Assembly: GCA_017939755.1 (NCBI GenBank)
Contig: JAGBAJ010000038.1
Location: 15,216 to 79,215 of the forward strand
DNA from: Clostridia bacterium
GTDB lineage: Bacteria > Bacillota > Clostridia > TANB77 > CAG-508
Reading direction: 5' to 3'
Length of the DNA stretch: 64,000 nt
Shown here: in pieces, positions 38,255 to 50,576 of the stretch
How the letters are laid out: each line of letters begins with the position of its first letter
How positions within the stretch are numbered: the first letter of the stretch is position 1
The notes under the pieces: model-generated
Databases searched by the model: none
What the model was told of the DNA's origin: nothing
The model's input: only the letters and a program-made list of their open reading frames with translations
Translations under genes and position numbers: made by a program

Positions 38255-39259
38255 TTGTTAGATGATAGAAAAAAGCGTATTTTACAAGCAATAGTAGATG
38301 AATATGTAAGTACAGCAGAGCCAGTTAGCTCAAGTTGTATAACTAAGAAAAAAGGTCTTGATTATAGTAGTGCAACAATCAGAAATGAAATGTCTGAATT
38401 AGAAAAAAGTGGATATCTTGAAAAAACACATACTTCAAGCGGTAGAATACCTTCTGTAAAAGGATACAGATTGTATGTAGATGAGCTGTTAAAAGAAGAT
38501 AATATAAGTATTGACGAAATAAAGTTTATAAAAGAAAAGTTGCAAACAAAGGTAAATCAAATTGAAGATTTAATGAAAATTGCAACTAATACATTATCAG
38601 AGGTAACTCATTATACTACAGTTGCTATTGGCCCAAAAGTAACAAAGCAAATTATTCAAGAAATTAAATTTGTTTTACTTGGAAGCAGAATGTTAATGGT
38701 AGTTATTTTAACAGATACTGGAATGATAAAAGAAACAATTATAAACTTTGAAGAAGACGTCTATGAAAACCAAATTCAAACAATCAACTTGTTATTTAAT
38801 AAAAAATTACAAGGAAAGCCACTAGAACAAATTAATGAACCTTTAGAAGAATATTTTTATAATGAGATGGAATCAAGTGCAAATATGATTAAAGCAATCA
38901 TAGATCAATTAAATAAATTAATATATGAGGAAACAAAATTATATCTTGAAGGTACAAATAAATCTTTTGATTTACCAGAGCTTAGAAAAGCGGAAACAGC
39001 AAGAAATTTTATAAATATATTAGAAAATAAAACAGAAGTAGTTGATTTATTAGATAGCGAATTTGCAAAAGATATTAATGTATATATTGGTGAAGAACTT
39101 GATGATGAAAACTTAAAGGACTTTAGCATAATAACTTTAAAAGGTGAGGATTCAGAATTAGGAACAATTGGAATTATAGGACCTAAAAGGATGAATTATT
39201 CTAAGGTAATTTCAGTTATGAGATACATTCAAAATTTAATAGATCAAGGAGGAATATAA
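38255..39259 (+). CDS. hrcA: Heat-inducible transcription repressor HrcA
   Basis: A TTG start after aaggtgg gives MLDDRKKRILQAIVDEYVSTAEPVSS. The longer tabulated ORF would cover the promoter and CIRCE. Confidence 0.9.
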   Translation: MLDDRKKRILQAIVDEYVSTAEPVSSSCITKKKGLDYSSATIRNEMSELEKSGYLEKTHTSSGRIPSVKGYRLYVDELLKEDNISIDEIKFIKEKLQTKVNQIEDLMKIATNTLSEVTHYTTVAIGPKVTKQIIQEIKFVLLGSRMLMVVILTDTGMIKETIINFEEDVYENQIQTINLLFNKKLQGKPLEQINEPLEEYFYNEMESSANMIKAIIDQLNKLIYEETKLYLEGTNKSFDLPELRKAETARNFINILENKTEVVDLLDSEFAKDINVYIGEELDDENLKDFSIITLKGEDSELGTIGIIGPKRMNYSKVISVMRYIQNLIDQGGI

Positions 39260-39783
39260 TGGACGAAAAAAAAGAGGATAATGCAGAATTAAATGAACAA
39301 AATATGGAGAATAATAAAGTGGATGTAGATGTAGAAAAAATAAAAGTATTAATTGAAAGTCAAAAACAACAGATTGAAGAAAAAGACGATAGATTAAAAC
39401 GACTAATGGCAGAATTTGAAAATTTCAAAAAAAGGAGCAGCAAGGAAAGAGAAACTCTATATAACTCAATAATGGGAGATATAATTATATCATTCTTACC
39501 TATTATAGATAATTTAGAAAAGGCAGTACAAGTTAAAACTGATGATGCAGAATACAAACAAGGTATAGAGCTTGTACTAAAACAATTTAAAGATGTATTA
39601 AGTTCAAATGGTGTTAAAGAAATTGAATCCGTAGGACAGACTTTTAATCCTGAGCTACATGAAGCTATTACATCAGTGACTGATGAAAATTTAGGAGTTC
39701 AAGAAGTAAAAGAAGAATACAGAAAAGGATATATGATTGGAGATAAAGTTATAAGACACTCTCTAGTTGTTGTAGCTAATTAA
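39259..39783 (+). CDS. grpE: Nucleotide exchange factor GrpE
   Basis: RLMAEFENFKKR and GQTFNPELHEAI motifs. The start overlaps the hrcA stop. Confidence 0.9.
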   Translation: MDEKKEDNAELNEQNMENNKVDVDVEKIKVLIESQKQQIEEKDDRLKRLMAEFENFKKRSSKERETLYNSIMGDIIISFLPIIDNLEKAVQVKTDDAEYKQGIELVLKQFKDVLSSNGVKEIESVGQTFNPELHEAITSVTDENLGVQEVKEEYRKGYMIGDKVIRHSLVVVAN

Positions 39784-39919
39784 GGTTATTAAATTTTATT
39801 TAATATATTTACAAAAGAGAAATATAACAAAAGATTAGGAATAAAAAAAAATATTATAACCCAATTATAATATTGGTATAGGAACGCAAATTTTCCTATA
39901 ACGAATATTACATTCATAG

Positions 39920-41776
<1,857 letters not shown>

Positions 41777-41873
41777 TTATAGATAGTAAACAATGATAGA
41801 GTGTACAAAATGAGGTTGGAGGAAATAGCTAAATCCAACCTCAAAATTTAATTTTCAGAAAGGAATTAAGTAA

Positions 41874-43019
41874 ATGTCACAAAAAAGAGATTATTATGAA
41901 GTATTAGGAGTAAGCAAGAGCGCAACTGAAGATGAGTTAAAAAAAGCTTTTAGAAAGCTTGCAAAACAATATCATCCTGATGCTAACCCTGACAATAAAG
42001 AAGAAGCTGAAAGAAAATTTAAAGAAATAAACGAAGCATATGAGACATTATCAGATCCTCAAAAAAGAAAAATGTACGATCAATTTGGTCCAGATGGTCC
42101 TGCAGGATTTGGAGGAGGAAATGCTGGAGGTTATTATTCATCAGGATTTGAAGGCTTTTCTGATTTTGGAGATTTAGGAGACATCTTTTCATCTTTCTTT
42201 GGCGGTGGATTCGGAGGAAGAAGCTCTAGAAAGAATAATAATGGACCTGTACAGGGAGCCGACTTAAAAAGTACAATTGATATTTCTTTTGAAGAAGCAT
42301 TTTTAGGTACCGAAAAAGAGATTGTGATTACAAGAAGTGAAACATGTACAACTTGCGGAGGAAATGGTGCAAAACCAGGGACTGTAATAGATAAATGTAC
42401 TGTTTGTAATGGTACAGGTCAAGTTAGACAAATTCAAAATACTATTTTAGGTCAAATGCAAACAACAAGAACATGTAGCAATTGTAATGGTACAGGTAAA
42501 GTAATTAAACAACCATGTGATGATTGTAAGGGAAAAGGAAAAGTTAGAAAACAAGCCAAAATAAAAATAAAGATTCCTGCAGGAATTGATGATAATCAAA
42601 CAATTGTATTAAGAGGTGAAGGTGAATCTGGAGCTAGAGGAGGAGCTAAAGGCGATTTATACATAGTTGTACGAGTTAAGAAACATAGTATATATGTTAG
42701 AAATGGAAATGATGTAAATTGCACTATTCCAATTACATTTACACAAGCAGCTCTAGGTGCTGATGTTGTTATACCAATGGTCGATGGCACAAAGGAAACT
42801 TTTAAGATTCCAGAAGGTACTCAAACAGGTACAAGATTTACTATAAGAGGTAAAGGATTTAAAAGCGTTAATTCATCAAGTACAGGTAATTTTGTATTCA
42901 ATGTACAAGTTCAAGTACCTAAACACTTAAGTAAAGAGCAAAGAGATATATTAGTCGAGCTTGCGAAAACAATGAATGAGCAACCTCCTATAAAGAAAAA
43001 AGGAATTTTTGGATTTTAG
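41874..43019 (+). CDS. dnaJ: Co-chaperone DnaJ
   Basis: J domain with HPD ([10 protein letters not shown]), a G/F-rich linker, and four CxxCxGxG zinc-finger repeats. Confidence 0.95.
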   Translation: MSQKRDYYEVLGVSKSATEDELKKAFRKLAKQYHPDANPDNKEEAERKFKEINEAYETLSDPQKRKMYDQFGPDGPAGFGGGNAGGYYSSGFEGFSDFGDLGDIFSSFFGGGFGGRSSRKNNNGPVQGADLKSTIDISFEEAFLGTEKEIVITRSETCTTCGGNGAKPGTVIDKCTVCNGTGQVRQIQNTILGQMQTTRTCSNCNGTGKVIKQPCDDCKGKGKVRKQAKIKIKIPAGIDDNQTIVLRGEGESGARGGAKGDLYIVVRVKKHSIYVRNGNDVNCTIPITFTQAALGADVVIPMVDGTKETFKIPEGTQTGTRFTIRGKGFKSVNSSSTGNFVFNVQVQVPKHLSKEQRDILVELAKTMNEQPPIKKKGIFGF

Positions 43020-43120
43020 AATTAAAAATAATCCTTTGGTGGGGGGTAATGTAATAATTAAAATTATAAAGAAGAATTTGAATAAAGAGGGCTAGAGAAA
43101 TCTGGCTCTTTCTTTTTTCA

Positions 43121-43355
43121 AAATGTTTGTTACAATTCACAGCTTAATGTCATTTCATACAAAATTAGCGATATAATGTAAATTTATAATATGAAGTTAA
43201 GGTGGGGACCAGCAAATTAGAGAATATAATTTTTACAAGTGTATAACGCAGTAAAAATGAAAATTCTCTTATGTAGCTGGGGCGTAATATTATAAATTTA
43301 CATTATATTGCTAATCATTGTTATTTTCTATGGCTGCGAATTGTAACAAATGTTT
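43121..43355. repeat. 235-nt three-tier long inverted repeat between dnaJ and ppa
   Basis: Outer arms 43121-43143 / 43333-43355 (20/23). Middle arms 43164-43192 / 43287-43315 (28/29). Imperfect inner arms 43209-43236 / 43251-43280. Confidence 0.8.
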
Positions 43356-43411
43356 ATAAAAATTTTTTTATAGCTAGACATTTTATTAAATATAGAATAC
43401 AATTAAACATA

Positions 43412-43503
43412 TGAATTTATAAATACATAGAAGGAGATAATGTTGAAAAAATAATTGCAATTTTTCAACTAGATTTATGCCGTAAGGAAGGAATGTGATT
43501 AAA
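43412..43503 (+). promoter_or_regulatory. ppa leader, homologous to the def leader
   Basis: tgaatttataaata ... aaggagataATGTTGAAAAAATAA ... tagatttatgccgtaaggaaggaatgtgattaaa. Confidence 0.6.
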
Positions 43504-44034
43504 ATGAATATTTGGCATGACATTAATGGAGAAAGAATAAAAAAGGACAGATTTGTTAGTGTTATTGAAATACAAAAAAATGGAAGAAATAAGTATGAAC
43601 TTGACAAAGAAACTGGAATGTTAAGATTAGATAGAGTTTTATATACTGCAACTCATTATCCAGCAAATTATGGCTTTATTCCAAGAACATACGCAGGCGA
43701 TGGAGATCCTCTTGATGTACTTGTTTTATGTCATGAAGAGATAACACCACTTACATTAGTAGAAACATATCCAATAGGTGTCTTAAAGATGAATGATAGT
43801 GGTGACGAAGATGAAAAAATAATATGTATTCCAGTTGGAGATCCATATCTAAACAATTACAAAGATATAACAGATCTTCCATCTCAATTATTAGATGAGA
43901 TAATGCATTTTTTTGAGGTTTATAAACAATTGGAAGGTAAACAAACAACCATTGATAAAATGCTTGGTCGATCAGAAGCAGAATCAATTATTCAAAAATG
44001 TATTGATAATTATAAATATAAATTCGAGAGATAG
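43504..44034 (+). CDS. ppa: Inorganic pyrophosphatase (family I)
   Basis: YPANYGFIP, GDGDPLDVLVL, and DSGDEDEKII. Confidence 0.9.
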   Translation: MNIWHDINGERIKKDRFVSVIEIQKNGRNKYELDKETGMLRLDRVLYTATHYPANYGFIPRTYAGDGDPLDVLVLCHEEITPLTLVETYPIGVLKMNDSGDEDEKIICIPVGDPYLNNYKDITDLPSQLLDEIMHFFEVYKQLEGKQTTIDKMLGRSEAESIIQKCIDNYKYKFER

Positions 44035-44048
44035 GGGTATACATATAT

Positions 44049-45245
44049 ATGTTAGAAAGGGTAATTTTTTATATATTTGCCTTAATAATATTTATTATGC
44101 TATTTGGAAGAATTATTAAACGACGAGATTCCATATATGTATATCTATTAGCAGGTAATGCCATTGGTCTTCTATTAAGGTTGATAGAGATGAGTAATAA
44201 TATGGAGTTAGGCTTTGCATTAATAATTTTATGTTACACTATTTCGGTTATAGTACCATTTGTTATAATTGCTTTGGAATATCGAAATATATTCCTACCA
44301 GAGATGTATACTATAATTAGGGCAAAATTTTTATTAAAACTTGGTCAGAATGAAGCGGTTAGAAAATTATTAATAAGGTATATAGACAAGCATTCAAATA
44401 GCTATTTCTCACACAAGTTATTAGCTGAAATATATGAGAGAGAAGGAAAGTATGATGATGCTATAGACGAGTATGTTATCGTAGTTGATTTAAATAAAAA
44501 AGACTATGATTCATATTATAAGATAGCTTTCTTATTGAATCAAACAGAAAAGAGCGAAGAATCAAAGAGAATGCTTGAAGAATTATTAGAAAAAAAACCA
44601 GAGTATTATCAGGCTTCAGACTTATTAGGTTCGATATTATATGACCAAGAGCTATTTAAAGAGGCTGTTGGTGTATACTTGCAAGCTTTAAAGTATAATC
44701 CAGACAAGTATGAATTATATTATGGACTTGGAATGTCATATACAAGACTTAATGACTTTCAAGCTGCAAAAGAATATTATGACAAGGCAGCAAAATTAAA
44801 CTCATTATTGTTCCATGCTAAGGTTAATGCAGCCCAAATAATGTTGATCGAAGGCGAGTTAGAGGAGGCTGAAGAGCGATTAATTGAATGCTTAGAAGAT
44901 AAAGACTCAGAGCCAGATGCATATTTTTATTTAGCAATAATTTCGATGTTAAAAGGTGAAAAAGACAGAGCGGTTGGATACGTAAATATCGCAATTGAGC
45001 TTGACAAAAGAATGTATGAAAGGGTTTGCAAACAAGAAATATTTAAGCCTGTAATGGACGAAATTAGAACTAACAAGACACAAAGTCACAAGTACCACAT
45101 GAATATTCAAGAGCTAAAAACGAGAAAACATTTGGATGATACAATAGCTTTAATTCAAAGTTTAAAAGGTGAAGCGAAAAGTAGAGCTAACAAGGCTGAC
45201 AAAAAGATAATTGATATTGATAAATATGAACAAAGGGAGTTTTAA
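44049..45245 (+). CDS. TPR-repeat membrane-anchored protein
   Basis: Three N-terminal TM segments, then repeated 34-aa TPR-like units (e.g. AIDEYVIVVDLNKKDYDSYYKIAFLL, AVGVYLQALKYNPDKYELYYGLGMSY). Confidence 0.75.
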   Translation: MLERVIFYIFALIIFIMLFGRIIKRRDSIYVYLLAGNAIGLLLRLIEMSNNMELGFALIILCYTISVIVPFVIIALEYRNIFLPEMYTIIRAKFLLKLGQNEAVRKLLIRYIDKHSNSYFSHKLLAEIYEREGKYDDAIDEYVIVVDLNKKDYDSYYKIAFLLNQTEKSEESKRMLEELLEKKPEYYQASDLLGSILYDQELFKEAVGVYLQALKYNPDKYELYYGLGMSYTRLNDFQAAKEYYDKAAKLNSLLFHAKVNAAQIMLIEGELEEAEERLIECLEDKDSEPDAYFYLAIISMLKGEKDRAVGYVNIAIELDKRMYERVCKQEIFKPVMDEIRTNKTQSHKYHMNIQELKTRKHLDDTIALIQSLKGEAKSRANKADKKIIDIDKYEQREF

Positions 45246-45264
45246 AGACTTAAATATACTATCC

Positions 45265-45302
45265 GAACAAATCTGAAAAATCTTCGATTTTCTGATTTGT
45301 TC
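45265..45302 (+). terminator. Module T hairpin of the repeat family, acting as the terminator of the TPR gene
   Basis: Stem gaacaaatctgaaaa / ttttctgatttgttc followed by a T-rich tract. The same hairpin occurs at 21373-21409. Confidence 0.75.
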
Positions 45303-45310
45303 TTTCTTAT

Positions 45311-45367
45311 AAGATTAGCAATATAATGTAAATTTATAATATGAAGTTACATTATATTGCTAATCTT
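45311..45367. repeat. Short derivative of the 43121-43355 inverted repeat
   Basis: Perfect 21-nt arms aagattagcaatataatgtaa / ttacattatattgctaatctt. 45314-45349 matches 43164-43199 at 35 of 36 positions. Confidence 0.85.
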
Positions 45368-45491
45368 TATTATATAATTTTAAAAGTGTAAAGGGTAACG
45401 AAAAAATTTTTGTATTATAAGTGCTAAGACTTTTTATTAACATTATAGTTTAAATTGTATATATTATTTAAAGAAATATAAGGAGGTTTAT

Positions 45492-46310
45492 ATGGAAACT
45501 ATTACTTTTTTAGGAGGAGATAAAAGAAACTGTATTTTGTCCAATATGCTTGAAAGTGAATATCAAGTATTGCGTTATGGTACAGGTATGGAAAAGGCAT
45601 TTAACTATAATGAATGTATAAGAAGGGCAAAATATATTGTACTACCAATTCCTATTTCGACTGATGGGGAAAATTTATATACTCCGTTTGATGATGCTAA
45701 AATAAAGTTGACTGATTTATACAATAGTGTGCATGGAAAAATTATTATATGTGGTGCTCTAAAAAATAGCATTAAGGAGAATCTTGAAAAAGATAATAAA
45801 GTTATTGATGTTATGAAGAATGAAGAGCTTACACTAAAAAATACAATTCCAACTGCAGAAGGTGTAATAAAAATTATTATAGAAAATACTGAAACAACAA
45901 TTGACAATAGTAATATAGCAATTATTGGATTTGGCAGAGTGGGAAAAAAAATTGCTGAGTTATTAAATTCGTTAAATTCTAATATCTTTTGTACAGATAT
46001 AAAAAAAGAAGAGGTTGCAAATATTAAGAGATGTGGTTATAATGTACTTAATAAAAATTGCGGAAGTTTTTGTAAATTTGATGTAATAATTAATACAGTA
46101 CCTAAAACTATTATTGATAAAAAAGAGCTAGAGCTTATAGACAAAAAAACTCTTATTATTGATGTTGCATCAAACCCTGGGGGAATAAACTATGAGTATG
46201 CTAAAGCAAATGGATATAATTGTATTCATGCATTAGGGTTACCTGGAAAAGTTGCTCCACAAACTTCAGCAAAATATATAAAAGAAGTGTTAACAGATTT
46301 ATTAAAATGA
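45492..46310 (+). CDS. dpaA: Dipicolinate synthase subunit A
   Basis: ITFLGGDKR, NTIPTAEGVI, GFGRVGKKIA, DVASNPGG, and ALGLPGKVAPQTSA align with my memory of B. subtilis SpoVFA. Confidence 0.8.
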   Translation: METITFLGGDKRNCILSNMLESEYQVLRYGTGMEKAFNYNECIRRAKYIVLPIPISTDGENLYTPFDDAKIKLTDLYNSVHGKIIICGALKNSIKENLEKDNKVIDVMKNEELTLKNTIPTAEGVIKIIIENTETTIDNSNIAIIGFGRVGKKIAELLNSLNSNIFCTDIKKEEVANIKRCGYNVLNKNCGSFCKFDVIINTVPKTIIDKKELELIDKKTLIIDVASNPGGINYEYAKANGYNCIHALGLPGKVAPQTSAKYIKEVLTDLLK

Positions 46311-46320
46311 GGTGTAAAAA

Positions 46321-46512
46321 ATGTTTAAAAGTGAGAAGGGAATTGGATATGTTAATTGGATAATAATTGTAATTGTATCATTATTTTTTGCTGCTCTTAT
46401 AATTAGAGTTTTAGTTGGAGAAAATGGTTTAATTCAACAAAGGAAAGAAGAGGCAATTCGTAATCAATCAGAGAATAATATAATAATTGAACTAACAAAT
46501 CAATCTAACTAG
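46321..46512 (+). CDS. Small hypothetical membrane protein
   Basis: 63-aa ORF with a single TM segment (WIIIVIVSLFFAALIIRVLV). RBS gaggtg. Confidence 0.4.
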   Translation: MFKSEKGIGYVNWIIIVIVSLFFAALIIRVLVGENGLIQQRKEEAIRNQSENNIIIELTNQSN

Positions 46513-46528
46513 TAAAGGAATGAAACAT

Positions 46529-47434
46529 ATGAATATAGGAATAGATATAGGAGGAAGTCACATTGGAATTGGTTTAGTTGATTCTAATGGAGAAATTATT
46601 AAGCAAAAAGACAAATATATAAAAGTAAAAGATAGACTTAATATAGAGGATTTTATTGAAAAAGAAATAATAGGAACATTAAAAGTATGGCAAAAAAATA
46701 ATATAGCTATAGAAAGTATTGGAATTGCGGCACCTGGAATTGTATCTAATGGTGAAATAAAATATAGTGTAAATTTAGGTTTGTTCGGGTATAACTTGAA
46801 GGAAAGACTACTTAAGGCATTTCCAAATGCAAAAATATGTATAAAAAATGATGCAAAATGTGCAGCTCTAGCAGAAAAAAATATAGGTGCATTAAAAAAG
46901 TATGATGATTGTATATTCTTATGTTTAGGTACTGGAATTGGTGGGGCAGCATTTTATAATGGAAAATTGATTGAACCTAAAAGAAGCTCTGGTTTTGAAT
47001 ACGGTCATATGGTGATAAGGAGCAATGGAAGAACATGTAGATGCGGAAATAGAGGTTGCTTTGAACAATATGGTTCTATGAGAATATTTAAGAATAATAT
47101 TCGATACAATTTAAAATTGCCAAAAGATATGGAAGGGGAAAAACTAAGAATTGCCATACGAAAGAATATAAATAAAGAGGTTGTTAAAAGGGTAATTGAT
47201 GATTATTTAGAAAATCTATGTATAGGTATAGCCAATATTGTTAACATATTAGAGCCAAAAGCTATATGCATTGGTGGAGGCTTTGCAAAATATGAAGACA
47301 TATTAATGGAACCACTTAAAGAGAAATTTTATAAAGCTTCTCATCTTTTTTATAAAGATAATTTGCCAGAGGTTGTAATGGCAGAGCTAGGCAACAAAGC
47401 AGGAATTATAGGAAGTGCTTTATATATTAAATAA
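46529..47434 (+). CDS. ROK-family sugar kinase (glucokinase-like)
   Basis: IGIDIGGSHIG, LGTGIGGA, and zinc motif CRCGNRGCFEQY. Confidence 0.8.
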   Translation: MNIGIDIGGSHIGIGLVDSNGEIIKQKDKYIKVKDRLNIEDFIEKEIIGTLKVWQKNNIAIESIGIAAPGIVSNGEIKYSVNLGLFGYNLKERLLKAFPNAKICIKNDAKCAALAEKNIGALKKYDDCIFLCLGTGIGGAAFYNGKLIEPKRSSGFEYGHMVIRSNGRTCRCGNRGCFEQYGSMRIFKNNIRYNLKLPKDMEGEKLRIAIRKNINKEVVKRVIDDYLENLCIGIANIVNILEPKAICIGGGFAKYEDILMEPLKEKFYKASHLFYKDNLPEVVMAELGNKAGIIGSALYIK

Positions 47435-47510
47435 AAGTATAAAAGGTTTTGCACGAAGAAGTCTCTTATTATAAAATAAAAGAAAATTAAGGTACAGAAG
47501 AGGTAGTAAT

Positions 47511-48809
47511 ATGAAAAGAAAAATAATAGTAATTAGTTTAATATTAACTTTTTTGACATTAAATTTTAGAGCATTTGCGGTTACATTAGAAAATCAACAA
47601 AAGAAGGTTCAAGAAGATAAAACTAATTCGGAAAAGGCTTTAGAATCTATTACATCAGAAAAAGATAGTGTTCAAAAGGAAGTTTCAGATTTAAATAATT
47701 CTATTTTAAATGTTCAATCAGAATTAAGTGATTTGGAAGATCAAATTGAACAACTAGATTCATCTATAAAAAATAAGGAAGAAGATTTAAGTAGTAAATG
47801 TACATTATTAGATGAGAGATTATCTGCGGCTTATATGAGTAATAATAATACATATATAGAGGCTTTATTTTCAGGTGGAATAATAAATTTCATATCAAAT
47901 TATGATATGATAAGACAAATTGCAGAATATGACAATAATATAATAAATGAAGTAAGGCAGGCGAAGGAAGAGTTAGAAAATAGTAAAAGTAAATTAGAAG
48001 AGGTTAAATCGGAAGTTCAAAAGAAAGAGCAAGAATTAAAGTCTCAAAAATCAAAAAGGGAAGAGAAGGTTAAATCTTTATCTGCTGAAGAACAAGCTAT
48101 ACAATCAGAGATAGAGCAAAAAGAGTCTGAGTTATCAAGGATAAATTCTGCGATAAAGGCTGAACAAAAGAGAATAGAAGAAGAGCAAAAAAAGGCAGCA
48201 GAAAGAGAAGCAGCTGCTAAGGCAGCAAATCAAAATAAACCTTCTACTGGTAATTCAAATGGTGGTTCATCAAATAATAATTCGAATGGTGGTCCATCAA
48301 ATAATAACTCTAATCGTCCTAGTAACAATTCTCCATCATCAAATCCATCTGCTTCAGCAAGCATGACTTGGCCAACAAGAATAACCCATAGAGTAAATTC
48401 CGTTTATGCACCAGGAGGAAGAACCGACACATCACATGCGGGAAGGGCCCATAAAGGTTTAGATATTTATGCTCCTATGGGAACTCCTATATATGCAGCG
48501 CAAGCTGGAACAGTAGTATATGTAAATTATAGTGGATATGGAGGCGGATGGGGTCTTTATGTAGTAATTTATCATGGTAAAGATAGTAGTGGTAGATCTA
48601 TTTATACAAGATATGCACATGGAAGTGCGATTGCATCAGGAATATCTGTAGGAACAAAGGTAACAACAAACTCAGTAATAATGTATTCTGGTAATACAGG
48701 TGCTTCTGAAGGTGCACATTTACACTTTGAGGTATGTTTAAATAGTATGTATAATCAAGTAAACCCTTGTCCTTATTTAGGGGTATCAAATTCAAGAGGA
48801 AACCATTAA
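47511..48809 (+). CDS. Secreted coiled-coil M23 peptidase
   Basis: Signal peptide, a long coiled coil, an S/N/G-rich linker, and a LytM domain (HKGLDIYAPMGTPIYAA, GAHLHFEV). Confidence 0.85.
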   Translation: MKRKIIVISLILTFLTLNFRAFAVTLENQQKKVQEDKTNSEKALESITSEKDSVQKEVSDLNNSILNVQSELSDLEDQIEQLDSSIKNKEEDLSSKCTLLDERLSAAYMSNNNTYIEALFSGGIINFISNYDMIRQIAEYDNNIINEVRQAKEELENSKSKLEEVKSEVQKKEQELKSQKSKREEKVKSLSAEEQAIQSEIEQKESELSRINSAIKAEQKRIEEEQKKAAEREAAAKAANQNKPSTGNSNGGSSNNNSNGGPSNNNSNRPSNNSPSSNPSASASMTWPTRITHRVNSVYAPGGRTDTSHAGRAHKGLDIYAPMGTPIYAAQAGTVVYVNYSGYGGGWGLYVVIYHGKDSSGRSIYTRYAHGSAIASGISVGTKVTTNSVIMYSGNTGASEGAHLHFEVCLNSMYNQVNPCPYLGVSNSRGNH

Positions 48810-48932
48810 TATTTGAAGCTTTATTTAATATATAGGATTCTTGTCAAGAGTTGGGGTGGATAAGTTTGAAAGAATTTATCCACCCCAACATTTTAAATTT
48901 TCAGGAAAATTTGAAAACCTTAGAGGTTAATC

Positions 48933-50414
48933 CTAAAGTATTATACAAATTAATCCTCCACTTCCTTCATTTATGATTCTTTCAAGAGTCTCTTGTAGTT
49001 TTCCTTGAGCTTCTTCTGGCATATGATATAGTTTACTTTGTAAACCTTCATTTACAAGTTCGTGTAGACTTTTGCCAAATATATTTGATTCCCATATTTT
49101 TTGGGGTTCACTTTCAAATTCTGAAAGAAGATAGTTAACAAGTTCCTCAGATTGGCGTTCACTACCTACTATAGGGGAAACTTCAGTTTCTATATTTGCT
49201 CTAATCATGTGAATAGAAGGAGCTGTGGCTTTTAGTTTTACTCCAAATCTTGATCCTTGTTTCACCATTTCTGGCTCATCTAAAACAAGTTCATCTATAG
49301 AAGGTGTTACAATTCCGTAACCTTTCGATTTTACCTCATCTAGGGCATTAGATATTTTATCATATTCTTTTTTTACTTTAGAAAGTGTAGATATTGTTGA
49401 AAATAAATCACCTTCGTTTTCAATAGGAACACTAGAAATTTCAGAAAGTATTTTATAAAATAACTCATCGAGTAAATATAAAGAGATATTTACTTCTCCA
49501 GTACCTAAAGAAATGTTAGTTACGCGTGTTTCAGATATAATATTAGTATCATTTAACTTAGGAATTCTGTCATTTATTTCTTTTAAAATTCTAATATCAG
49601 AAAATGCAGTTTTTATATGAGAATAAAGCTCTTTTTTTAACCAATGTGTTGATGCTAAGCTATCAACCCAACGAGGGAAATTTATATTAATTTGTTCAAT
49701 TGGAAATTCATAAAGCATACTGCTAAATATTTTATTTATATCATCTAAAGATAGGTCTTCACAATTTGTAGATATTACAGGAGAGTTATACTTTTGCTCT
49801 AGCTCGATTGCTAATTTTTGAGTAGAATCGGCAGAGGGGGCGGAGCTGTTTAATACAATGACAAATGGTTTATTAAGCTCTTTTAATTCTGAAACTACTC
49901 GCTCTTCAGCTTGTATATAATCTGCCCTTGGAATATCAGTAATACTACCATCAGTTGTGACAAGTATTCCAATTGTAGAATGCTCTTGTATTACTTTTTT
50001 TGTTCCAATTTCAGCTGCTTTTTCAAAAGGAATTTCCTCATCAGACCATGGAGTTTTTACCATTCGAGGCATGTCATCCTCTAAATATCCAATTGCATTA
50101 TTAACTAAATATCCAACACAATCAACCATTCTTGTTTTCAAAGAAATTGAATTATCAATTTTAATTTCTACAGCCTCATTTGGCACAAATTTCGGCTCAG
50201 TTGTCATTATTGTTTTTCCCGCCGCGCTCTGAGGTAATTCATCTTTGGCTCTTTCTTGTTTATAGGCATTATCGATGTTTGGGATAACTAGTAAATCCAT
50301 AAATCGTTTTATAAATGTAGATTTTCCAGTTCTGACAGGGCCAACAACTCCAACATATATGTCACCATCAGTACGTTTCGAAATATCTTCATACAATTTT
50401 AATTTATTTTCCAT
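48933..50414 (-). CDS. spoIVA: Stage IV sporulation protein A
   Basis: Walker A VGVVGPVRTGKSTFIKRFM and the characteristic ~490-aa length ending in GGLICIIL. Confidence 0.9.
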   Translation of the reverse strand: MENKLKLYEDISKRTDGDIYVGVVGPVRTGKSTFIKRFMDLLVIPNIDNAYKQERAKDELPQSAAGKTIMTTEPKFVPNEAVEIKIDNSISLKTRMVDCVGYLVNNAIGYLEDDMPRMVKTPWSDEEIPFEKAAEIGTKKVIQEHSTIGILVTTDGSITDIPRADYIQAEERVVSELKELNKPFVIVLNSSAPSADSTQKLAIELEQKYNSPVISTNCEDLSLDDINKIFSSMLYEFPIEQININFPRWVDSLASTHWLKKELYSHIKTAFSDIRILKEINDRIPKLNDTNIISETRVTNISLGTGEVNISLYLLDELFYKILSEISSVPIENEGDLFSTISTLSKVKKEYDKISNALDEVKSKGYGIVTPSIDELVLDEPEMVKQGSRFGVKLKATAPSIHMIRANIETEVSPIVGSERQSEELVNYLLSEFESEPQKIWESNIFGKSLHELVNEGLQSKLYHMPEEAQGKLQETLERIINEGSGGLICIIL

Positions 50415-50576
50415 TTAAACCTCCTTTAGAATTTTTCCAAGTATTATTCGATAACTTTACTAAAGTATATTAGGCTAAAACATATATATGCACTAAATTT
50501 CTTAAAATTAATATTATATTTTAGACTTGATAGGAAACCTAAAATATGGTATGATAGAATCGTTGAGGTGAAAAAA

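Noticed and set aside
43913-44119. 68-aa + strand ORF bridging ppa and the TPR gene.
   Set aside because: It is out of frame with both well-supported genes and overlaps them. It has no RBS.
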